DNA of 64,000 nucleotides from Rubricoccaceae bacterium (GTDB lineage: Bacteria; Bacteroidota; Rhodothermia; Rhodothermales; Rubricoccaceae), in the NCBI GenBank assembly GCA_963728345.1, contig CAVSJM010000007.1:81155-145154 (forward strand), given 5' to 3'. Shown piece by piece: positions 1-10,011 of this stretch. The notes beneath the pieces were generated by a model. It did not search any database, had not been told where the DNA came from, and saw only the letters and a list, made by a program, of their open reading frames with translations. A program made the position numbers and the translations under genes. How positions within the stretch are numbered: the stretch's first letter is position 1; every line of letters starts with the position of its first letter.

Positions 1-1590
1 TACTGCCGGACGGGGGCGAACCGGCGTCGGCTCCGTCCGGGCGACGAAGCGGGGGGCGGCCGGCTCGGGCGCCCGCTCCCGGGCGGCGACCTGGTCGGGG
101 GCGACGGCGGCGTAGCGGACCGTCGGGTCCTCCCGCTCGACCGGTCGGTTCGGCTGGAGCGAGCGGCGCAGGTCGCGGCGTGAGGCCGCGGCGACGAGGG
201 CTTCGCCATGATCCTGCGGCGCGATCGGGCGGACAGCGCGCGGGCCGTACTGGACCGTCTCCGCCGCGAAGCGCTGGCCGTTCGCCTCCGGCGGCGCGAG
301 CCGGTCGAGGCGCTCGGCGTGGTCGGCGTAGTAGCCGACGGGGATGCGGAGCATGTGCGGGATGCGCACGTCCGGCACGCGGGCCTGCCGGAGCGACGGG
401 TTGAGGGCGCGGAGCACGGCCTCGTCTACGTCGATGATGCGGGCGACCTCCGAGAGCCGCGTGCCGCCAGCCACCGGGATCCGGTCGAACGTGTAGGCCG
501 CGCCGGGCTCGTAGGCCGGGAAGTCGTAGGCCTCCGGGTTCGAGAGTATGAGGGCCGTCGCGATGAACATCGGGACGTAGGCGCGGGTCTCGCGCGGGAT
601 CACGTGATCGATGTCCCAGAACGTGGCCGTCCGGCCCGTCTGCTCCTCGAACCGGCGGGCACCCCGGGCGATGACGGCCGGGTTGCAGTTGTAGCCGGCG
701 AGGGCGAGTTGCCAGTCGCCGAACCGGTCGTAGAGGTCGCGGAGGTGACGGGCGGCGGCGCGCGTGGCCTCCTCCGGGTCCAGCCGGTCGTCGATCTCGG
801 ACTCGGCGCGGAGCCCGTAGGCCCGGCCCGTGGCGCGGATGAACTGCCACATGCCGGCCGCGCCGGCGTGGCTCTGGGCGACGGGCACGAGCGCGCTCTC
901 GATCATCGCGAGGTACTTCAGCTCGTCGGGGACGCCCTCCTCCGCGAGCACGCGCTCGATCATCGGGAAGTAGGTGTCGGCCCGCGTGCGGAGGCGCTGG
1001 ACGTGGCTCGGCCGGTTGAGGAGGAACTGGACGTACCGCTCGACCTGCGGGTTCACGTCCATCGGGATCGTCGTGACGAACGTCCCGAGGTCGGGGAGCG
1101 TGACGTGGTCGAGGAGCGGGGCGCCCTGGTCGAACCCGCGCTCGACGGCGTCGACGCCGGCCGAGCGGAGGGCGTAGACGTCGCCACGGTCGAGGGCCGG
1201 GCGGTCGTAGAACCGCTCGTACTCGGTGAGGATGGAGCTGTAGACCTCCCGGAACCGAGGGTTCAGGAGGAGGCCAGGCCGCTGGGCCGCCTGGTGCGCG
1301 TCGGCGACGAGGTCGTCGAGGAGGATGGCGTAGCGGGCCTGGTCGCCGTCGGCGTCGGCCTGGAGGAGGTCGGCCTGGCGGCGGTAGAACGTGGCGAGTC
1401 GGCGGGCGAGCTCCTCGTCGGAGATCGAGTCGGCGGGCACGAACCCGGGCAGCTGTGCGTCGGCCGACGTGGGGAGCGTCTGGGCCGGACGTACGGGCGC
1501 GGTGTCCGTGCGTACAGACTGGGCGCGGGCGCTGGTCGTCAGGACCGTCGCCGCGACGAGGAACGCCGCCAGCAGGAGGGGGCGGGGCAT
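1..1590 (-). CDS. mltD: Lytic transglycosylase (MltD/SLT family), C-terminus runs off the window edge
   Basis: Not in the ORF track because it has no stop in the window. Translated by hand from ATG at 1590: signal peptide MPRPLLLAAFLVAATVLTTSARA, then LKYLAMIESAL...AGMWQFI...DDRLDP...GDWQLALAGYN...ETRAYVP, the SLT catalytic signatures. The + strand 208..1869 ORF is its shadow. Confidence 0.9.
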   Translation of the reverse strand, partial: MPRPLLLAAFLVAATVLTTSARAQSVRTDTAPVRPAQTLPTSADAQLPGFVPADSISDEELARRLATFYRRQADLLQADADGDQARYAILLDDLVADAHQAAQRPGLLLNPRFREVYSSILTEYERFYDRPALDRGDVYALRSAGVDAVERGFDQGAPLLDHVTLPDLGTFVTTIPMDVNPQVERYVQFLLNRPSHVQRLRTRADTYFPMIERVLAEEGVPDELKYLAMIESALVPVAQSHAGAAGMWQFIRATGRAYGLRAESEIDDRLDPEEATRAAARHLRDLYDRFGDWQLALAGYNCNPAVIARGARRFEEQTGRTATFWDIDHVIPRETRAYVPMFIATALILSNPEAYDFPAYEPGAAYTFDRIPVAGGTRLSEVARIIDVDEAVLRALNPSLRQARVPDVRIPHMLRIPVGYYADHAERLDRLAPPEANGQRFAAETVQYGPRAVRPIAPQDHGEALVAAASRRDLRRSLQPNRPVEREDPTVRYAAVAPDQVAARERAPEPAAPRFVARTEPTPVRPRPAV

Positions 1591-1851
1591 GGCGGAGGGA
1601 GGGAAAGAGGGAAGCAAGAGTGCCTCACGTGGGAGGGGGACCGGAGTCGACCGAAGTCCTCCATCACGCGAGGCGTCCACCGAAACTTAACGAGAACGGG
1701 TATCGCCGGGGGAGGGGGCAGCGTACAAACGGGCCTCAATGGGAGGCTAGAGCGTTACGGAGGGGCGCCGACGGTGCCGATTGATCCGCCGAGGCGGCGT
1801 CTGACGCTCTGGAGCGCGTCTCGAGGTCATCCAAGCATACCCGGGACGGGC

Positions 1852-1877
1852 AAAAAAAAGGACGGCTAGGCGGCCGT
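1852..1877 (-). terminator. Possible intrinsic terminator after the dehydrogenase gene
   Basis: Minus strand: ACGGC-6 nt-GCCGT stem overlapping the TAG stop, followed by CC and a T8 tract. T-runs this long are rare in this GC-rich window. Confidence 0.5.
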
Positions 1878-3029
1878 GGCGGCGTGTGCGGGCTCCCACC
1901 GCTCGGCCACGTGGATGCCTCGGGCCTCCAGGTGCGCGACGTACGGAGCGACGGGGAGGACCTGGTCGGCCGGCCCGACGCCGCCGCCAGGGACGGCCCG
2001 CTGGGCGAGGAGGATGGCCGCCGTGGCGGCGGGGAAGCCGGTGCACCGCTGCATCGCCGAGAGCCCGGACTCCGGGTCGAACCGGTCGACCATCTCGTAG
2101 ACGAGCGTCCCGTCGGTCCCGTCGCGCGTCCCCTCGATCTCGACGCGGAGGAGGACGGCGTCGTCGTAGGCACCGCCGAGGCGCTGCCGCAGCCGGCGGA
2201 TGAGCACGTCGCGGTACGTCAGGTGCGTGCGGACGTCGAGCGACGTCTTGTCGGCGAGGCCGAGGTCGAGGAGGAACCGCATCCGCTCGGCGTGGCCGGG
2301 GTAGCGGATGGTCTTGGCGTCGAGCTTGTCGAGGCGGCCCTCGAGCGTCTCGGCGAGCGATCCCAGCCCGCCGCCGGTGTAGAAGGCCTCCATGGTCCCG
2401 AACCCGTCCACGTCGATGGTCTCGAGGCCGGTCATGGCCGCGCGCGTCTCCACGGCGCCGCCCCGAAGCACGAGGGCGGGGTGGGTGTAGTCGTCGAGGA
2501 GGTGCTCGGCCGAGTGGCCGAGGCGGTGGCGGAACGGCCCCTCGGGGTCCACCGGGACGTCGCCGACGCGGACGCGGGCGGAGCGGACGGCGTCGAGCGC
2601 GGCGAGCCCGCGCATGGTCAGCACGCCGACGAACCCGGGTGCGAGGCCGCAGTCGGTCACCACCCACCGCTGGCGGCGCTCGGCCAGTTCGGCCAGTGTC
2701 TCCTCGCGGGCGCGGAGCGGGGCCGGGCTTCCGAGGTCCACGAAGTGGGAGCCGAGGTCGAGCGCGAGCCGGGCCAGCCGGTCGTTCAACTCCGGCCCGA
2801 CGCACGAGACCACGCACGCACTCCCCCCGACGATGGGCTCCAGCGTCTTGAGGTCACGCGCGTCGGCCTCGTAGGTCCGGAGGTTGGGGTGGGCGAACTT
2901 CTCCCGGAACGTCCGGAGCGTGATCGGCTGCGCCTCGCACACCTGCACGCGGGCGACCTCCTCGCTGCGGGCGAGGTCGTAGGCCACGGCCGACCCGATG
3001 GTGCCGGCGCCGAGGACGGTGATCTTCAT
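1866..3029 (-). CDS. Saccharopine dehydrogenase family, L-lysine 6-dehydrogenase-like
   Basis: Start placed at MKITVLGAGTIG (Rossmann motif). Motifs VDLG, DCGLAPG, RVGDVP, DDYTHPA, EAFYTGGG, KTIRYPGH and AMQRCTG parallel Geobacillus LysDH. Confidence 0.8.
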   Translation of the reverse strand: MKITVLGAGTIGSAVAYDLARSEEVARVQVCEAQPITLRTFREKFAHPNLRTYEADARDLKTLEPIVGGSACVVSCVGPELNDRLARLALDLGSHFVDLGSPAPLRAREETLAELAERRQRWVVTDCGLAPGFVGVLTMRGLAALDAVRSARVRVGDVPVDPEGPFRHRLGHSAEHLLDDYTHPALVLRGGAVETRAAMTGLETIDVDGFGTMEAFYTGGGLGSLAETLEGRLDKLDAKTIRYPGHAERMRFLLDLGLADKTSLDVRTHLTYRDVLIRRLRQRLGGAYDDAVLLRVEIEGTRDGTDGTLVYEMVDRFDPESGLSAMQRCTGFPAATAAILLAQRAVPGGGVGPADQVLPVAPYVAHLEARGIHVAERWEPAHAATAA

Positions 3030-3155
3030 GGCTCGTGGGGGGGCCGAGTCAGGCGGGTGGGGCACGTCGTCCCCGGTCACACCAAGGTATGGCTGGCCCT
3101 GAGGCGGATGAAACCGTTTCCATCCGCGAAGCGCTTCCGGCGCTCCATTCGCCGG

Positions 3156-4808
3156 CTATCCTCCCACACCGCGCCCTCCGAGCGCCCGGCTCGCGGCCAC
3201 GCTGAGCCCGACGAGCGCCATCAGGAGCACGCTGTAGGCCGCCGCCTGCCCGAACTCGTAGATCCGGAGCTGGGAGAAGATCTCGACCGAGATCGGCCGG
3301 TTGGCGTAGACGTAGAGCATGATCGAGGCGACGAACTCGCCGAGCGCCGTCACGAACGTGAGGAGCGCCCCCGCGATCACGCCCGGGGCGATGGCCGGGA
3401 GCACGACGCGCCGGAACGTGGTCCACCCGCCCGCGCCGAGGTCGGCCGACGCCTCGGACAGCCGGTCGTCGAACCCGTCGAGCGAGGCCTGCGCGGCGCG
3501 CACCACGAACGGCACGTGGCGGACGAAGTAGGCGAGCGGGAGGAGCCAGACGGTCCCGATGAGGACGGTGCCGCCGGCGAGCAGGCTCGGCTCGTCGAAG
3601 GCGACGACGAGGCCGAGGGCGAGGACCGTCCCCGGCACGGCGAACGGGAGGAGCGAGAGGGCCCGGAGGGCGCCCCGCCCCGGCACCTGGCCCTTGACGA
3701 TCACGACGGCCGTCGCCACGCCGAACACGACGTTGGCGGCGGTCGCGAGGGCCGCCATCCAGAGCGAGTTCGTGATCGGCGCCACCACGTCCGCCTCGGT
3801 CGCGAGGGCGGCGTAGTTGGCGAGCGTGAACGTGTCCGGGAGCACCTGGGTCGTCCAACTCCCCTCCTGCACGAACGACAGCAGCACGACGGTCCCGACT
3901 GGGAGCAGGACGACGAGCAGGAACAGCCCGACGGCGAGCGTCGCCAGCGCCCGCGCCCAGCCGCTTCGGATGGGGCCCGGCCGCCGCCCGACGCCCTTGG
4001 CCGCGCCGGCCGCCACGTGCGTCGGCCGCGCCTCCGTCGCGAGCAGGAACAGGAGGCAGATGCCAGTGAGGACCACGGAGACGGCCGCCGCCCGGTCGAG
4101 CGCCCCGTTCTGCTTGAACGAGTAGATCTGCGTCGTCAGGAACGGCTCGCCCTCGGCGAAGAGGAGAGGGGCCGTGAAGCCGGCCATCGACAGCATGAAC
4201 ACGAGGAGCGACGCGCCGACGAGCGCCGGCCGCAGGAGCGGGAGCACGACGCGCCGGAACGTGGTCCATCCGCTCGCGCCGAGGTCCGCGCTCGCGTCGA
4301 GGAGCGAGGCGTCGAGGTCGCGGAGGGCGGCGCCGACGAAGAGGTAGAAGTAGACGTAGTAGACGTAGGTGTGGACCGCCCACACCGCCCCGACGCCGCC
4401 GAACGAGAACGGCACGGCGTCGAGCCCGAAGACGAGCTGGAGCCCGCGCGGGAGCATCCCGGATTCGCCGTAGAGGAACAGGAACGCGAGCACGCCCACG
4501 AGCGGCGGGAGCGCGAGCGGGAGCGCGGCGACGGCGCCGAGCGTCCGCCGCAGGGGGAGGTCGTAGCGCCAGAGCGTCCACGCGAGCGCCGTCCCGATCG
4601 CGCCGCCCGCGAGCACGGTCCCGAGCGAGACGGCGACGGAGTTGACGAGGGCGCGCGTCCCGGCCGCCCGCGGCCGCCCGAACAGGTCGAGGAGGAGGGA
4701 GGGGTCGAGGCCGAGGCGGGCCGTCGCGAGGTTGGGCCAGAGGACATAGCCCAGGAGGACGAGCGTGACGGGGACGGCGAGCGCCCCGGCGGCGCGGCGA
4801 CTCAGCAT
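3156..4808 (-). CDS. ABC transporter permease, fused double-TMD (FbpB/ThiP-like, Fe3+/thiamine class)
   Basis: Two BPD_transp_1 halves, each with an EAA-like loop ([20 protein letters not shown]; [20 protein letters not shown]). Start taken at MLSRRAAG (4808), overlapping the LOG stop. Confidence 0.88.
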   Translation of the reverse strand: MLSRRAAGALAVPVTLVLLGYVLWPNLATARLGLDPSLLLDLFGRPRAAGTRALVNSVAVSLGTVLAGGAIGTALAWTLWRYDLPLRRTLGAVAALPLALPPLVGVLAFLFLYGESGMLPRGLQLVFGLDAVPFSFGGVGAVWAVHTYVYYVYFYLFVGAALRDLDASLLDASADLGASGWTTFRRVVLPLLRPALVGASLLVFMLSMAGFTAPLLFAEGEPFLTTQIYSFKQNGALDRAAAVSVVLTGICLLFLLATEARPTHVAAGAAKGVGRRPGPIRSGWARALATLAVGLFLLVVLLPVGTVVLLSFVQEGSWTTQVLPDTFTLANYAALATEADVVAPITNSLWMAALATAANVVFGVATAVVIVKGQVPGRGALRALSLLPFAVPGTVLALGLVVAFDEPSLLAGGTVLIGTVWLLPLAYFVRHVPFVVRAAQASLDGFDDRLSEASADLGAGGWTTFRRVVLPAIAPGVIAGALLTFVTALGEFVASIMLYVYANRPISVEIFSQLRIYEFGQAAAYSVLLMALVGLSVAASRALGGRGVGG

Positions 4809-5374
4809 CCGGCCCCCAGGACCGTGGCACGCTCGCGGAGCCCGTCGAGGAGCGCTTCGGGCTCGGAGGCCACGACGACCGCCGCCCGGTGCTCGGGGTG
4901 GACGAATCCCTGGTCCACCGCGTGGTCGAGGAAGCGGACGAGCGGGGCGTAGTAGCCGTCCACGTCGAGGACGCCGCAGGGCTTGGCGTGGATGCCGAGC
5001 TGGGCCCACGTCAGCGCCTCGGCGATCTCCTCCAGCGTCCCCAGACCGCCGGGGAGCGCGACGAAGGCGTCGGAGAGGTCGGCCATGGCCGCCTTCCGCT
5101 CGTGCATCGTGCGGACCACGTACAGCTCGGTCAGCCCGGCGTGGCCCACCTCGCGGTCGAAGAGCGCCTTCGGGATCACGCCGAGGGCCTCGCCCCCTCC
5201 CTCCAGCACGGCGTCGGCGACGACGCCCATCAGACCCACCTTTCCGCCGCCCGTCACGAGGCCGATGCCCGATTCGGCGAGGAGCTCGCCGAGGCGGTGC
5301 GCGGCGTGGGCGTAGGCCGGCCGCCGGCCGGGCCGGGAGCCGCAGTAGACGCAGACGCGACGGAGGTCGGACAT
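4802..5374 (-). CDS. LOG family nucleotide phosphoribohydrolase (TIGR00730)
   Basis: [21 protein letters not shown], and the PGGLGTLEE signature. Confidence 0.92.
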   Translation of the reverse strand: MSDLRRVCVYCGSRPGRRPAYAHAAHRLGELLAESGIGLVTGGGKVGLMGVVADAVLEGGGEALGVIPKALFDREVGHAGLTELYVVRTMHERKAAMADLSDAFVALPGGLGTLEEIAEALTWAQLGIHAKPCGVLDVDGYYAPLVRFLDHAVDQGFVHPEHRAAVVVASEPEALLDGLRERATVLGAGC

Positions 5375-5437
5375 GGGCAGGGGGCGCGCGCGCAAGCTAC
5401 GCCGGCCCCCCGCCGGGCGCGGCCCTCGATCGGGCGG

Positions 5438-6091
5438 CTAGAGCGTCCCCCGGCCTTCCAGGGCGCGGCTGAGCGTGGCCTCGTCGGCGAACTCCAGGTC
5501 GCCCCCGATGGGGAGGCCGCGGGCGATCCGCGAGACGGTCACGTCGAACGGGGCCAGCATCTGGCCGACGTAGTAGGCCGTCGTGTCGCCCTCGACGTTC
5601 GGGTTCATGGCGAGGATCACCTCGCGGACCGCCTCGGGCTCGGCGTCCGACGCGTCTTCCTCCGCGACGATGCCCGGCGACGGGGCCTTGCCGGCCACGC
5701 GGGCCACGAGCTCGGAGACGTGGAGGTCGTCCGGGCCGATCCCGTCGAGCGGCGAGATCACGCCCCCGAGGACGTGGTAGAGGCCGCGGTACTCGCCCGT
5801 CCGCTCGAGCGCGAGCACGTCGGACGGCTCCTCGACGACGCAGATCACGCTCCGGTCCCGCTTGGCCGACTGGCACACCGGGCACGGGTCCACGTCGGTC
5901 ACGTTGAAGCAGACCGAGCAAGTCTTCACCCGGTCCTTGGCCGCGACCATCGCGCGGGCGATCTCGACGACCTCCTCGCGGGGCATCTTGAGGATGAACG
6001 CTGCCAGCCGCTGGGCCGTCTTGCGCCCGATCGTGGGTAGCCGCGAGAGCTGCTCGACGAGGGCCTCGACCGTCTCGGAGGTCAGGTGCAT
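5438..6091 (-). CDS. recR: Recombination mediator RecR
   Basis: [13 protein letters not shown] HhH, C4 zinc finger CSVC...CPVC, TOPRIM ([20 protein letters not shown]), [15 protein letters not shown]. Carries a short insertion ([21 protein letters not shown]). Confidence 0.97.
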   Translation of the reverse strand: MHLTSETVEALVEQLSRLPTIGRKTAQRLAAFILKMPREEVVEIARAMVAAKDRVKTCSVCFNVTDVDPCPVCQSAKRDRSVICVVEEPSDVLALERTGEYRGLYHVLGGVISPLDGIGPDDLHVSELVARVAGKAPSPGIVAEEDASDAEPEAVREVILAMNPNVEGDTTAYYVGQMLAPFDVTVSRIARGLPIGGDLEFADEATLSRALEGRGTL

Positions 6092-6191
6092 GGGGGTGGT
6101 GGGGGAGGAGGGACGAGCCGGTCAGGATCGCACGGACGGGCGACAGCGGTCGGTCACACCGATCCGCACGGCGCGTCCGGGCGACCCTCGC

Positions 6192-6539
6192 CTACATCCC
6201 GGGGAGGCCCATGCCGCCGAGGTCGAGGCCCGGCGGGAGCATCGACGAGGCCGCCTCCTGCATCTTGCGGGCCTTGACGCCCTCGGCCTCCTCGATGGCC
6301 TTGTTGACGCCGGCCACCACGAGGTCCTCGAGCAGTTCGAGGTCGTCCGGGTCGACGGCGTCGGGCTCGATCTTGAGGCCGACGATCCGGCCGGTGCCGT
6401 CGGCCGTGACGGTGACCATGCCGCCGCCGGCCTCGGCCGTCACGCGTTCTTCAGCGAGCTTGGACTGGGCGTCGGCCACGCGCTGCTGCATGTCGGCCAT
6501 CTTGCCGAAGAGGTCGGCCATGTTGGGGGTTTCGTCCAT
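6192..6539 (-). CDS. ybaB: YbaB/EbfC nucleoid-associated protein
   Basis: AEAGGGMVTVTADG...LEDLVVAGVNKA, in the canonical dnaX-ybaB-recR synteny. Confidence 0.95.
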   Translation of the reverse strand: MDETPNMADLFGKMADMQQRVADAQSKLAEERVTAEAGGGMVTVTADGTGRIVGLKIEPDAVDPDDLELLEDLVVAGVNKAIEEAEGVKARKMQEAASSMLPPGLDLGGMGLPGM

Positions 6540-6603
6540 CGGAGTGGGGACTGGGTACGGAATGGGGACGAGCGCGGGACCGGCGCCCCTCGGCGCCCGA
6601 GCG

Positions 6604-8679
6604 CTACTGCCAGACGATCTCGGCCCCGAACGTCTCGAACAGGGCGCGGACGACGGGGTGCTCCTGGCGCATCTGCTTGAGCGCGTCGAACGGATCGGCG
6701 GGCGCGCCGGTTTCGACGGTCACTTTCGGCGCGACGACGTAGCGGACCGGCGGGGCGACGCCGCCCAGGACCTCGGTCAAGACCTCCTGGAGCGCGTCGG
6801 CGTTGTCCTCGGCGACGCGGACGCAGAACTCGTCCTCCATCCCGATTTCGACGGCCCCGCGTCCGACGCGGAGCGGCTTCCCGCCCTTGACGATGGCGCC
6901 GACGCGGACGCCCACGCGCTCATGCACGGCCTGGGTGTAGCGCGGCCACGCGTCGGTGAGGCGTCCGAGGGCGGGGCCGAGCGGGTCCGCCGGCACACTC
7001 GGGGCCGAGCCAGGGTGCCCGTCGCCCTCGGCCGCGGGCGACGCCAGAGCCGCTGCCTCGCCGGACTGCCCGTCGCCCCCGGAGCGGCGCCGGAGCGCGG
7101 GGCCTCCGAAGAGAGAGGCGGCGGCCTGGGAGGAGGCCGGCGTCGGCTGGGGGCTGGGGGTGGCAGCCGGCGGGGTCGGGCGGGGTGAGGGAGGCGGTGC
7201 CGGTTCCGGGAGCCCACCGTCGCGATCGTCCGCATCGGACGGCTCGTCGCTGGTCGGCTGCTCGTCCGCGGGAGGGGCCGAGGGAGGAGCGTCCGCAGGG
7301 GCGCTCGGCTGAGGACGGTACGACGCGTTCGGCTCCGAGGTCCGCCCGGGCGACGGCTCGGGCGCCGCCGACGGGGCGTCGGGGGGGGCGCTGGCCGTAG
7401 GCGGCGAGGCGGGCGCAGGACGGTCGACGGCGGGGGACGCTGCAGGGGAGGGCGCTGCGCCACTCGGGGCGACCGGGGCTGCCGGGAGGGTTCCGTTGCG
7501 GGCCGTTTCCTCCAGCGTCTCCAGGCGGCCGAGGAGTCGCCCCAGGTCGGCGGCCGGCTCCAGGCTCGCCATCTTGAGGAGGGCCAGCTCCAGCGTCAGG
7601 CGCGGCTGGCGGCTCTCGCGGAGGTCGCTCGCCGCACGGTCCGAGAGCATGAGGAGGTGGAGGAGGTCGGCGTCGGCGTAGGGACCAGCGGCGGCGAGGT
7701 AGCGGTCGCGCGTGGCCTCGGTCCCCTCGATGAGGTCGCCGGTCCCGGTCGAGCGGGCGACGAGCAGGTTGCGGACGTGGTCGGCCAGGCCGAGGACGAA
7801 CTCGTTCAGGTCGTGGCCGCTGCGGACGACGCGGTCGACGAGGTCGAGGAGGCCGGCGCGGTCGCCGGCGCGGGCCTTGTCCGTGGTCTCGAAGAAGAGG
7901 TCGGCGTCGACCACGCCGAGCGCCTCGCGGAGCGCCCCGATGGCCAGGCGGTCGCCGCAGAGCGAGAGGGCCTGGTCGAAGAGCGAGAGCGCGTCGCGGA
8001 GGGCGCCGTCGCCCTTGCGGGCGAGGAGCACGAGGCTCTCGTCGTCGGCCTCGACGCCCTCGGCGCGGCAGATCTCGCGGAGCCGGCTGACGATCTCGGG
8101 GACCGCGATCCGCCGGAAGTCGAACCGCTGGGTCCGCGAGAGGATCGTGGGGAGGACCTTGTGCGGCTCCGTCGTGGCGAAGATGAAGAGGGCGTACTCC
8201 GGCGGCTCCTCGAGCGTCTTCAGGAGCGCGTTGAACGCGCTCGCCGAGAGCATGTGGACCTCGTCGAGGATGTAGACCTTCTTCTTGGCCCCCTGCGGCG
8301 GCACGCGGACCGTCTCGCGCAACTCGCGGATGTCCTCGACGCGGTTGTTCGAGGCCGCGTCGATCTCGATGATGTTGAGCGACCGGTGGTCCTCGAAGGC
8401 CACGCACGAGGCGCACGTCCGGCACGGCTCGGCGTCGGGGCGCTCCGCGAGCGGCGTCTGGCAGTTGACGGCCTTGGCGAGGATGCGCGCGGCCGTCGTC
8501 TTGCCCACGCCGCGCGGTCCGCTGAAGAGGTATGCGTGGGCGAGGCGGCCGCTCGTGATCGCGTTCCGGAGCGTCTCGGCGACGTGCTCCTGCGCGACGA
8601 GGTCGGCGAACGTCTGCGGGCGGTACTTCCGGGCGGTGACGAGGTAGCGGCCGGGGGAAGCGGTCGAGGAGTCGGCCAT
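6604..8679 (-). CDS. dnaX: DNA polymerase III subunit gamma/tau
   Basis: ARKYRPQTF, Walker A GPRGVGKTT, zinc Cys cluster, IDAASN, DEVHML, NALLKTLEEPP, SRTQRF, GALRDALS. Long Pro/Ala linker before the C-terminal domain. Confidence 0.97.
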   Translation of the reverse strand: MADSSTASPGRYLVTARKYRPQTFADLVAQEHVAETLRNAITSGRLAHAYLFSGPRGVGKTTAARILAKAVNCQTPLAERPDAEPCRTCASCVAFEDHRSLNIIEIDAASNNRVEDIRELRETVRVPPQGAKKKVYILDEVHMLSASAFNALLKTLEEPPEYALFIFATTEPHKVLPTILSRTQRFDFRRIAVPEIVSRLREICRAEGVEADDESLVLLARKGDGALRDALSLFDQALSLCGDRLAIGALREALGVVDADLFFETTDKARAGDRAGLLDLVDRVVRSGHDLNEFVLGLADHVRNLLVARSTGTGDLIEGTEATRDRYLAAAGPYADADLLHLLMLSDRAASDLRESRQPRLTLELALLKMASLEPAADLGRLLGRLETLEETARNGTLPAAPVAPSGAAPSPAASPAVDRPAPASPPTASAPPDAPSAAPEPSPGRTSEPNASYRPQPSAPADAPPSAPPADEQPTSDEPSDADDRDGGLPEPAPPPSPRPTPPAATPSPQPTPASSQAAASLFGGPALRRRSGGDGQSGEAAALASPAAEGDGHPGSAPSVPADPLGPALGRLTDAWPRYTQAVHERVGVRVGAIVKGGKPLRVGRGAVEIGMEDEFCVRVAEDNADALQEVLTEVLGGVAPPVRYVVAPKVTVETGAPADPFDALKQMRQEHPVVRALFETFGAEIVWQ

Positions 8680-8815
8680 CGGGCGTGCGGATCCGGGGGG
8701 AGGTCCGGGGGACGCCGGAAGGTCCCACCGGGCACCGTCAACATAGCGTCAGGCCCGGCCCGCCGGGGCCGGTGTGGACAAGTCGCCGGCGCGGGTGCGG
8801 GGCGCCGGCGGCGGA

Positions 8816-9319
8816 CTAGGCGCGGGCCTCGACGACGCGCGTGTGGGCGATCCGGTCGCCCAGCCGTCGCCCGACCGGGTCGATGGCGACGAGCACGGCC
8901 TCGGCCACGACGACGAGCGCGGCCAGCCCGAGCACGATCTCACCGAACGGGATGCCACGGTAGCCGCCCGCGAGGTAGAGCAGCGCCCACACGCCCACGG
9001 CGCCAGCGATGGTCGCGTTGCGGCGGGCGGAGGTCTGCCAGTCGAGGGTGCCGCCGCGCGGGAGGTACGGGCGGAGTCCGAGCCACCGCTTGCCGAGCGA
9101 CCGCGGGCCCCACTCGGCGTACGGGATGGCGTCGCGGAGGAGGAGGTAGGCCGCGCCGATGAGGAGACCGAGCCCGAACATCCGCCCCTTCAGCACGCCC
9201 GGCGTGAGGGCGGCGGGCGTGAGGGCGATGATCAGGGCGAGGATGCCGTCGAGGAGGGCCGCCGCGAACCGGCGGATGCGGACGGGCGGGGCCGACGTGC
9301 GGGAAACCGTGGAGGCCAT
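8816..9319 (-). CDS. RDD family membrane protein
   Basis: RRFAAALLD (R..D), SLGKRWLGLR, RRLGDRIAHTRVV, with hydrophobic segments. Confidence 0.85.
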   Translation of the reverse strand: MASTVSRTSAPPVRIRRFAAALLDGILALIIALTPAALTPGVLKGRMFGLGLLIGAAYLLLRDAIPYAEWGPRSLGKRWLGLRPYLPRGGTLDWQTSARRNATIAGAVGVWALLYLAGGYRGIPFGEIVLGLAALVVVAEAVLVAIDPVGRRLGDRIAHTRVVEARA

Positions 9320-9471
9320 ACGGGTGGGGTCGAGCGACGTTCACATTACCGAGCCGCCCTCGCCTCTTCAAGTGAAGCCCGCGCGCGGTGAGGAATCAGG
9401 AGCGAGGACGGCGGGGCGAGCGGACCTCTCAATAGAGCGCGTGGCTGAGCACGCGAAGGCCCTCTCGTTCC

Positions 9472-10011
9472 TCAGTCCTGACTCCGATCTCCTGCCAGGT
9501 GCCGCTTGAAGTAGGCGTAGGCCTCGTTGATCGCCTTCGTCTCCTCCTCGGCGAGCTGCTGGAGCTTGGCGCCGAGCCCAGCCACGCGGTCCGGGTGATA
9601 GGCCACGACGAGGCGGCGGTAGTGGCGCCGGACCTTCGCCATCGTCACGGGCCCAGCGCCCAGCTCGAGCGTGCGGCGGTGGACCGTCTCTGGGGAGTCG
9701 GGGGGCGGGGCGCTGGGGCGGTCGCCGTGGGGCGCGCCGGGGCGGGAGGGCTCAGCCTCGGCGGTCGGGCGGGGACGCACCGAGCGGGCGCGCTCGCGCC
9801 GGCGGCGTTCCCGGCGGATCCGCTCGCGCATGGCCTCGGCGTGCTCTTCCCGCGACGCGTAGAACGAACTCCGCCCGGCCTCGGCCCGGGCATGCGTCTC
9901 GCGCGCCGAGACGGCCCCACCCACCCGCTTCAGATCGGCCAGCCAGCCCAGCACGACCGATGCCAGCAGCATCAGGACGACGAAGGCGGTGGCGATCGTG
10001 ACGAGGCTCAC
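9472..10011 (-). CDS. Membrane-anchored J-domain (DnaJ-like) protein
   Basis: Real part of the 9472..10821 ORF. GTG start overlaps the tdk stop (GTGA). N-terminal TM helix, Arg-rich linker, C-terminal J-domain KVRRHYRRLVVAYHPDRV...KAINEAY with HPD. Confidence 0.85.
   Translation of the reverse strand: MSLVTIATAFVVLMLLASVVLGWLADLKRVGGAVSARETHARAEAGRSSFYASREEHAEAMRERIRRERRRRERARSVRPRPTAEAEPSRPGAPHGDRPSAPPPDSPETVHRRTLELGAGPVTMAKVRRHYRRLVVAYHPDRVAGLGAKLQQLAEEETKAINEAYAYFKRHLAGDRSQD

Noticed and set aside
208-4952. Long + strand ORFs (553 aa at 208..1869; 1022 aa at 1884..4952)
   Set aside because: Antisense shadows of well-supported minus-strand genes. Stop-poor reverse frames are expected at this GC3, and the translations are V/E/G/R-rich with no motifs.
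6604-8679. Programmed frameshift or slippage in dnaX producing gamma
   Set aside because: I found no A-AAA-AAG heptamer or long A/T run in the gene.
8680-8815. SRP RNA (ffs) or tRNA often found upstream of dnaX
   Set aside because: No SRP domain IV motif (CAGG...GGAA...AGCAG) and no cloverleaf visible on either strand.
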